Virus record (IMG/VR): IMGVR_UViG_3300020045_003500
Span: 1 to 40,359 of that record
Source: a virus
Taxonomy: Duplodnaviria; Caudoviricetes
Strand: one strand, 5' to 3'
Length of the DNA: 40,359 nucleotides
Positions within the stretch are counted from its first letter, which is position 1, and the number at the start of each line of letters is the position of its first letter. The notes under the pieces are model-generated. The model ran no database searches. It had not been told where the DNA came from and was given only the letters and a program-made list of their open reading frames with translations. Shown one piece after another: positions 33,867 to 40,359 of this stretch. The translations under genes and the position numbers were made by a program.

Positions 33867-35780
33867 TTATTTTGGTAGTTTTCCTCGACCTTCGTGAAGT
33901 AGTTCGAAGTAGCGTTTTTCGTAATCTACAATTAATTCGTTTCTCACATCTTCACTTTTAATTTCGTCTATTTTATTACGAATGAACTCGAAGTCTTTTT
34001 CCGTAGTAGCAACATTTATGGCCTCTCTAAGCATGTCTGAGTTAGGTTCTACGCCATTTTTAAGCTCGTTTCTGGATTGATTTATTATCTTAATAACAGG
34101 AACAGATAAAGCTAAGGCAGCGCCTACTCCAATTGCAGTTCCTAATGACGATCGACCAGCGTTTGCGCCCCCCTGGGATTTTGGGACTTTACTGCCAAAC
34201 ACGGAAGTAGCCTTCACTATTCCAGACTTTGTGGCCATATCTTTCAGAGTAGAGACTATTACACTATCAGATGCACCATCCAAACTACGGATGATTTTAA
34301 GGTTTTTCGCCAACTGTTCTTCTAAATCTAAGGCATTTAGTGTTTTTAGACCTACATTAGATGGGAAGAATAACTTAGATATAAAGGCCTTAGGGCCTCC
34401 GAACGTAGCCATATCTAGAGCATTAGCGGCGCCTCTAAATAACTTCTCGAATATATTCCTTTCCGATACTTTTTGCTCTAGTTTATTGACACTTTTAACC
34501 ATCTTGTCGACAAGGCCCTTAACCTTGATTGAATCTGTAATCTCTTTATCTAAGGCTCTAGCGGTATCGTCTGGTAAGAATGACCTTGCGGCTTCTTTTA
34601 ATCCCTTCCTAGTGTTTTCGAATGTTACAGCGTTAACGCTGGTTAACGGATCTCCCATTTTGTTGAATGCTTTACTCTTGAAGGTGCTACCGTACTCTCT
34701 TGCGATGAAGTTGATCTCGTTTGGACTTAAGCCATCTCGTTCTGCTTGAGATATAATCGATTGTACTCTTAACCTCTCGGATGGATTTCGAGTCTTTGTG
34801 TAAAGCTCTTTTAAGTCGTTTAGAGCATCCTTCACGAAGTTAGTCTTTGCTTGTACTTTTCGGCCACCACTTTCTGCGGTGATAACCTTATCAAGTTCAT
34901 TCATCTTCACTATCTTGGGAGACGCCTTAAACGCTTCGTCAACCTGATTCATGTTTTTGTCTATATGACTCTCTAACTTTCTAGATAAATCTTCGTAAGT
35001 TTTCACGCCAGTAGTGTCTACCTTAGACAATACTTTAACTCCAACCTTGGCCTCGCCAGGATGTCCTTGTAAGACCTTACCAGCAGCAGATTTGGCAAGT
35101 TCTGGGGTCACTGATGGTTTACCTAATGCAGATTTCACACTCTTATAACCTTCACTTATTCCACGAGTTGCCAAAGGAACAGCAGCACCAACAGCGCCAC
35201 CAATACCAGCGCCAATAGCGGTTTCTTTCAAGACGTCAACAGCACCTTTATCTTCTTGTAAAGCTCGGCCACCACCGAACATTGCGCCAGACTTTGCACC
35301 TAGTATTGATCCTTGTCTTACGGCAGATCCAAGCGTACTTTTTAGTGCGGTTTGCACTCCAGTTTTAGCCGCTCCTCCCCCTGCCAGATATGATGCAGAT
35401 TCTAAGCCCTCGCCAGCAACTTGCTTGAATCCAGAGAAGCCTGGTTTTATAGATTTAGCCTTAAATTTGCCTAATAACGGCAAGTTAACCTCTATGTCTT
35501 GGCCTTGATCTAGCTGTGATAAGGCGCCAGTCTGAGCCTCTTTACCGAGTATACCAGTCGTAGCGGCAGCTTGTGTGGCCCTTACCGCTGGGCGGACAAG
35601 TAATGTGTTTATTGGTTCCTTTACGATTCTTTTTAATAGACCATCCTCTACTGGTCTTTCTTCTTGTTGTGGTTGTTGAGCAGACTTTTGTCTTAACGCC
35701 TCGAATGCCGCAGATCCACTACCACCAGCTCCAACAGTACCAGTAGATTTAGATTTTAACTTTTCGAACGTTGTTGTCAT
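33867..35780 (-). CDS. Internal virion/DNA ejection protein (putative)
   Basis: 637 aa, Gly/Ala hydrophobic stretches and helices, podoviral position. Confidence 0.6.
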   Translation of the reverse strand: MTTTFEKLKSKSTGTVGAGGSGSAAFEALRQKSAQQPQQEERPVEDGLLKRIVKEPINTLLVRPAVRATQAAATTGILGKEAQTGALSQLDQGQDIEVNLPLLGKFKAKSIKPGFSGFKQVAGEGLESASYLAGGGAAKTGVQTALKSTLGSAVRQGSILGAKSGAMFGGGRALQEDKGAVDVLKETAIGAGIGGAVGAAVPLATRGISEGYKSVKSALGKPSVTPELAKSAAGKVLQGHPGEAKVGVKVLSKVDTTGVKTYEDLSRKLESHIDKNMNQVDEAFKASPKIVKMNELDKVITAESGGRKVQAKTNFVKDALNDLKELYTKTRNPSERLRVQSIISQAERDGLSPNEINFIAREYGSTFKSKAFNKMGDPLTSVNAVTFENTRKGLKEAARSFLPDDTARALDKEITDSIKVKGLVDKMVKSVNKLEQKVSERNIFEKLFRGAANALDMATFGGPKAFISKLFFPSNVGLKTLNALDLEEQLAKNLKIIRSLDGASDSVIVSTLKDMATKSGIVKATSVFGSKVPKSQGGANAGRSSLGTAIGVGAALALSVPVIKIINQSRNELKNGVEPNSDMLREAINVATTEKDFEFIRNKIDEIKSEDVRNELIVDYEKRYFELLHEGRGKLPK

Positions 35781-35781
35781 T

Positions 35782-37182
35782 TTAGTCGTATTCTACGTTG
35801 TTACCTTCTCTTAAAAGTTCGTCTATTTCAGCTCTACTTGCAGTAGAGGTTATAGTTTCCCCACTAGGAGACGTTACTTTAACTATAGCTTCTAGGCCTG
35901 CAGCAGTAGTAAAGACTCCACGGATTTTCTTCAACTCTTTGGCGAACTCCGCTTCTGATAGATTTCTACCTAAGGCAGATGCAGATCTATCCAAAGTTCT
36001 GCTCTCGTAGTCGGATATTGCACCTGATCCTTTAAGTGCGGACCTCTTATCTAATGCTAGTAAACCTTTAAGTTGATTGTATTTATTAGCTGTAGCGGAT
36101 CCCGAAGTAAATGGTATAGAACCAGTTTGTATCGGCCCCGATATCGTGCCTGCGTTACTTATGATGTCATTAACAAGTTGTACATTCCCAAGCATAGAAC
36201 TCACATCTTTCTGACCTGCAGCATCAGCAGCAGCTTTAGCTTCGTCAATTGCGACCCTTCTAGCATCCAAAGCATAGTTAAGACCAAATTGTCTTTTATC
36301 TTCTTCGAATTTTCTCTCGGATAAACTATCACTAAGAGCACCTCTCTTTTTATCTTCAGCTAAGGCATCTGATTTTAATCCAAATTCTTTATTAAATCTT
36401 TCATTTTCGGCAGCCATTGTACGGGCATTTTCAGCAGCCGATCTCTCTGTTTCAGCTTGCTTATCAGCTCTATCTAGTGCGAATCTAGAAGCCTCTAATG
36501 AGGATTGTCTTTGCGCCTGTAACCTTGCAAGTTTCGATTGTAACGGCTCGGCTAATGTGTTAGCACGTTTCTCTATTGATGAGAGTTGACCAGTAATAAA
36601 TTCTAAGGGAATGGCTTTATCTTCGGTCCCAGTAAATGCCGCCTTAGTCGATGCAATAAGCCTATCTAGGTCCTCTTGAGTTGATAATTCTGCAGGACTT
36701 AACTTTAAGCTCTGCTCATATGAATTTTGAGCTAGTTGTAACGCTCTAAATGTTTCGGGAGACAAGTCACCGAACATACTTTTATTTTTGGCGGCTGCAG
36801 CTGCGGAAGTTGCGCCAGCGGCATTTTCGGCCTCTATTTTTGCTGCATCTTCAGCACTCACTCCGTTGGATCCTCCCAAACTGGCCAAAAGAGCGTTACC
36901 TTTCGCCAAAAGGTCGTTAGTATTGTAAGGGAGGTTACTTGGTGTCGCTTGGGTCTTAAAAGTGCTGGAAAGGGGCTTTTTGAGGTCAGCCGTGGGTGTT
37001 ATAGGCACATTATAGCCACCATATGTCTGATAAGTGGTCGAACTGGGGAATATTGATGTCTTTGGTTTAACTGGGCCTATAAACCCAGTTTGAGCTGTTT
37101 GCGGTGATGTTAAATTTGCCGTTGGCGACTTGAACAGGTTTGTGAACGGACTTATTAAACTTTTGAAATCTAGTGTTGCCAT
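35782..37182 (-). CDS. Internal virion/DNA ejection protein (putative)
   Basis: Coiled coil, RQF repeats, LKGSGAISDYE motif. Confidence 0.62.
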   Translation of the reverse strand: MATLDFKSLISPFTNLFKSPTANLTSPQTAQTGFIGPVKPKTSIFPSSTTYQTYGGYNVPITPTADLKKPLSSTFKTQATPSNLPYNTNDLLAKGNALLASLGGSNGVSAEDAAKIEAENAAGATSAAAAAKNKSMFGDLSPETFRALQLAQNSYEQSLKLSPAELSTQEDLDRLIASTKAAFTGTEDKAIPLEFITGQLSSIEKRANTLAEPLQSKLARLQAQRQSSLEASRFALDRADKQAETERSAAENARTMAAENERFNKEFGLKSDALAEDKKRGALSDSLSERKFEEDKRQFGLNYALDARRVAIDEAKAAADAAGQKDVSSMLGNVQLVNDIISNAGTISGPIQTGSIPFTSGSATANKYNQLKGLLALDKRSALKGSGAISDYESRTLDRSASALGRNLSEAEFAKELKKIRGVFTTAAGLEAIVKVTSPSGETITSTASRAEIDELLREGNNVEYD

Positions 37183-37183
37183 T

Positions 37184-38080
37184 TTATAGTGATATTGTCA
37201 AATTAGGGTTTAGGATCGACTCATCCCCCCCATCGTCTAGTACCATTGATAAATCATTTACTCCGTATGTCTTGAATAAATCTCTAATTCCTTCGTCAAG
37301 TAAGTTCTTGAATTCTGTGGCACGTTCGTCTTGTTCTTTGTGCCAGTATCTGTGAGCTGCATATATTTCTGGTAAATCTTGGTAAGCTTCTGGTAATAAT
37401 GACATCTGTCCGAGAGTGTAAGTAGCAGAACCTGCAGCGATTGATGTGCCACCATATTCTCTTACTGTCTCTAAATGAGTCGTATCAGTAACACTCCCGA
37501 TTTCATACCATACACCGTCACCAGTAAGAGCCGTGTCTGCATGAGTGATACGAACCCAACGACCGACCATTTGAGAAGTCCAAGAAGTACCGCTCCCAGT
37601 CAAAGTTTCGTCTCCATTAGTAATCGATACAATCGTTCCTGTCGTGTAGTCCGCAATTCCTAAATCTATTACTCTAATCTTTGCGTTTATTGAAATCACA
37701 TTGCTTGCTGTCGCAGGTCTCGGCCAAAGACCGAGTTGTCCGTTATAAACGAACCAGTATTCAGGGGTATCCGATGTTTGAACTGAGTAATGTAACTGGT
37801 CCCAAAATTCTCTTGAAGGAGCTGGCTTCGGATTGTAACGTGTACCGCTTACTGTAACGAATACGCTCTCAACTTGGTCGACATCGTAAGGCAATTCCAC
37901 GAATGTTGTATTAGCTGCCGTGACAGCGGTCCTTAATCTATGAATGAACGGCCAATCAGCCTTTGCAATTAAGCGCCTGTGAAAATCGTTCATCTTATTA
38001 TCGCCATAAGTCAAGTTAGCGCTCGATGTATTTTTTGTATCTATTCCGTAATCCGTACGGAGCGTGGTGTAAGATTTCAT
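37184..38080 (-). CDS. Head-tail adaptor (tail tubular protein A-like)
   Basis: DWPF, LPYD, GLWPRP, LPEAYQD motifs. Confidence 0.72.
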   Translation of the reverse strand: MKSYTTLRTDYGIDTKNTSSANLTYGDNKMNDFHRRLIAKADWPFIHRLRTAVTAANTTFVELPYDVDQVESVFVTVSGTRYNPKPAPSREFWDQLHYSVQTSDTPEYWFVYNGQLGLWPRPATASNVISINAKIRVIDLGIADYTTGTIVSITNGDETLTGSGTSWTSQMVGRWVRITHADTALTGDGVWYEIGSVTDTTHLETVREYGGTSIAAGSATYTLGQMSLLPEAYQDLPEIYAAHRYWHKEQDERATEFKNLLDEGIRDLFKTYGVNDLSMVLDDGGDESILNPNLTISL

Positions 38081-38089
38081 TTGTGTTTA

Positions 38090-38117
38090 TTGTTTATATT
38101 TTATCATATTTCACTAA
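38090..38117 (-). promoter_or_regulatory. Putative late promoter (TGATAAAAT-ATAAACAA)
   Basis: Near-copy of the 15050 motif. Confidence 0.5.
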
Positions 38118-39028
38118 AATGTGTGGTGCATTATAAAGTAATTCATTGCTATACTTGCTTGGTTTGCTGCCCATGCACCACTTATCCAATCTGTTGCGAT
38201 TTGCCAGAGAACGGCTGGACTTCCTGTTGGGATATTGGTGGTGTGCGTTCCCAATAGAATCTCGTTTGCATAGAAAGCTATAGAAGTTGTTGTTATTTCA
38301 AATCTAAAATTAAAAGTGTCGGATAAAATCGGGTCTCCATTCGTATCTAACGCCCAAGTAGTCGTTACATCGGTCTGGGTCTGAGTTGTGCCATTGGCAT
38401 TGGTTATATAAACCACACCAGCCGCTCCTCCACTTTTAGTAATTTTTATACCTATATGATTATTAGTCCAAGTGAAAGCCAATCCTCCAGTAGAGTACGG
38501 CCGACCTATCCCAAAGAAGGCAGCGAACTCATTAGCATTTGCAGTATGATTGGTATTCCAAGAAAACGTTCCCAATCCAACGACTTTAGTTATTTTTTGA
38601 TAAGTAAGAGAAGTATGTACGTTTCCATATTCCAAGGCCGCTCCCGTACCGTCTCCAAATGTTATAACGGATACTATGCTATTAGAGAAGTTAACTTCGT
38701 CATTGGCCGTGCCTTCAAACTCTGTGAATCCTGATGTAGAGGGGAAATCTTTGAATAAAATGAAAGGATCTGGCGTAACTAAGTTAGCTTCGATTACGGT
38801 TACTAAGTCTTGCCATGTTCCGTCTCCTCTAAGATAATCTCCTGTATCGTCACTTAATTTAGGTAGGTAACCATGATTGATTTCGTTCGCATTACCTTCG
38901 GTAACATCAATAAACTCAACTTCGACATCTTTAACTTTACTAATACCAAGACCAGTATGGTTATGATCGGCCACAGGTCGTTTATCGAGTTCGCTATTTA
39001 TTAATTTTTTAATTTCTTCTTCGTTCAT
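38114..39028 (-). CDS. Tail fibre/receptor-binding protein (putative)
   Basis: HNHTG, YLRGDGTW, lectin-like C-terminus (FYANE.LLGTHTTNIP). Confidence 0.65.
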   Translation of the reverse strand: MNEEEIKKLINSELDKRPVADHNHTGLGISKVKDVEVEFIDVTEGNANEINHGYLPKLSDDTGDYLRGDGTWQDLVTVIEANLVTPDPFILFKDFPSTSGFTEFEGTANDEVNFSNSIVSVITFGDGTGAALEYGNVHTSLTYQKITKVVGLGTFSWNTNHTANANEFAAFFGIGRPYSTGGLAFTWTNNHIGIKITKSGGAAGVVYITNANGTTQTQTDVTTTWALDTNGDPILSDTFNFRFEITTTSIAFYANEILLGTHTTNIPTGSPAVLWQIATDWISGAWAANQASIAMNYFIMHHTF

Positions 39029-39029
39029 T

Positions 39030-40238
39030 TTAAGGTCTTAGTTGAATCCATAATAACTCAAAATCGCCATCCATTTCGACTTGTATTTGGATGTTTTCTA
39101 AATCTATTAAACCTATCGCATCGTTAATAAATGATATTGCTGAGTTGTCTGCTGTAAAAGTATCTAGAGTGGTAAAGGAACTGGTGGTATCTTGTCTGTA
39201 ACTTACTCTCAAGTGACCAGAACTAACTACTTTACCAACTCGGACTTCTAATTCAGAAAATTTTCCTTTTGATATCTTAGTTGCTAGGGGTATCAAGGCG
39301 GAATGGATAATAGTTTCAAATGATGAGTAACGGCTACCTAAACTACGATCAGCACCACTTGCATAACCCATATAATAGAAATCGGTTTCGGCGAATATAG
39401 ATAATGCGTTAACGTATGCCGTGGATGGTGCATTATCCATTAGTAAACGACCGTCTGGATAAAGAATATAACAACCCGATCCACCTGATAGAGTGCTCGT
39501 GACTCCGAATAACAAAGCACCATTTCTGGCCGCAATACCACCCCAAATTACAGGCGATGACGTTAATGTGCCAGCGTTATTAACTACGTAATCTGGGAGT
39601 TTTGTGACGAAACTCACATAAGTTCCTTGTGTTCTGTATATATTTCCTTTAGTTCCAGCGAGAATATAAACTAAGTCACCAATGTTTTGTAATTTCTTAG
39701 CCGAGGCTTCTGGAACTAATAATGGGAGTCTAAATGAAGAAGATACCCTGTCCCACGGATATATCTTATTGTACGTATTCCCAGCAGCGAGTAAGAGTGC
39801 ACCTAACTCTGCTAAATGGTTCAGTACCTCACTCTGATACGTATCAAGAGCTTGGCTGTTGTAAGTATAGGTTGCTGCATTAGACGGGAGGAACACTTGA
39901 CCAGTATTCTCTTGGATACTTCCAACATATCTAGCATCACAGAAGTAAATGATATTATCTTGACCTACTAAAGAATGGTGACTATTACCCGATCCAGAAG
40001 AGCTATTAAGCGCTTTCCAACTATTAGTCCAACTCGGTGTTTTTAAATTTGAAAGAGCTGTTATTTCTGATACGTCAATCGCTGCATTTCTAAAAACGAA
40101 TAGATATACTTTACTTCCATCTGAAACTCTAAAGATGGCAAGACCGTTCCCCTCACCATTCGTCAATGTATTTCCACTAAATAACAAAGCCCTTGTAGTG
40201 CTGCTCGGTAGAAACCATACGATCCCGTTGGAATCATA
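39030..40238 (-). CDS. C-terminal part of tail nozzle / tail tubular protein B-like protein (starts at 471)
   Basis: Beta-propeller-like repeats; frame stays open through the junction. Confidence 0.8.
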   Translation of the reverse strand, partial: YDSNGIVWFLPSSTTRALLFSGNTLTNGEGNGLAIFRVSDGSKVYLFVFRNAAIDVSEITALSNLKTPSWTNSWKALNSSSGSGNSHHSLVGQDNIIYFCDARYVGSIQENTGQVFLPSNAATYTYNSQALDTYQSEVLNHLAELGALLLAAGNTYNKIYPWDRVSSSFRLPLLVPEASAKKLQNIGDLVYILAGTKGNIYRTQGTYVSFVTKLPDYVVNNAGTLTSSPVIWGGIAARNGALLFGVTSTLSGGSGCYILYPDGRLLMDNAPSTAYVNALSIFAETDFYYMGYASGADRSLGSRYSSFETIIHSALIPLATKISKGKFSELEVRVGKVVSSGHLRVSYRQDTTSSFTTLDTFTADNSAISFINDAIGLIDLENIQIQVEMDGDFELLWIQLRP

Positions 40239-40359
40239 CAGAAATAGGGTACCTATGTTTTGGTCCTTAACTATCGTTTTAACTGACCCTGGGTTGACTG
40301 ATGTCGCTGTATGAGTTCCTGTTCCAGTATCAGTTATATTAACTCCCGTTCCAGCTTCA
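40239..40359. repeat. Terminal direct repeat copy 2
   Basis: Identical to 1-121. Confidence 0.97.

Noticed and set aside
1213-38734. Numerous plus-strand ORFs in the track
   Set aside because: Antisense shadows of recognisable minus-strand genes, with Ser/Leu/Phe-rich composition and no motifs.
40239-40359. Biological direct terminal repeat
   Set aside because: It falls mid-gene and is an exact 121-bp copy, as expected from an assembler overlap on a circular contig.
1-40359. CRISPR array, diversity-generating retroelement, integrase/att site, stop-codon recoding
   Set aside because: No regularly spaced repeats, reverse transcriptase or integrase motifs seen; genes are full length under the standard code.

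Overview
The window looks like a complete circular (or circularly permuted) 40,238 bp podovirus-like phage genome. Bases 1-121 repeat exactly at 40239-40359, and one tail gene reads through that junction. Essentially all genes lie on the minus strand, use the standard code and lack Shine-Dalgarno sites; leaders are A-rich and ATGA overlaps are common. Modules in transcription order: early/recombination genes (Bet/RecT, PD-(D/E)XK nuclease, SSB); an oriC-like DnaA-box cluster; RNA repair (Rnl1-type ligase, PNKP, atypical tRNA-His); NinG/NinB-like genes; an HNH nuclease fused to a duplicated MetK N-terminus; host-like auxiliary genes (MetK, GroES, GroEL, KhpA-like KH protein, ParB-MTase); terminase, portal, scaffold, capsid and decoration/fibre genes; tail nozzle, adaptor and ejection proteins; lysis genes; and a ~570 bp structured non-coding island. 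I recognise no polymerase, helicase, primase, initiator, integrase or classical repressor. The most unusual signals are: (1) a DnaA-centred design, with an oriC mimic plus seven promoters carrying a DnaA box at fixed spacing, five of which share a palindromic operator; (2) a non-coding island with a 17-nt perfect complement of the canonical 16S anti-SD tail and no start codon, a 171-nt long-stem RNA and a tRNA(CAU)-like element; (3) a recurrent AAGGTCG leader motif in an SD-less genome; (4) the HNH/MetK N-terminal duplication. A Patescibacteria (CPR) host is inferred from sequence style, not proven. All product calls come from motif recognition by eye; no database searches were run.
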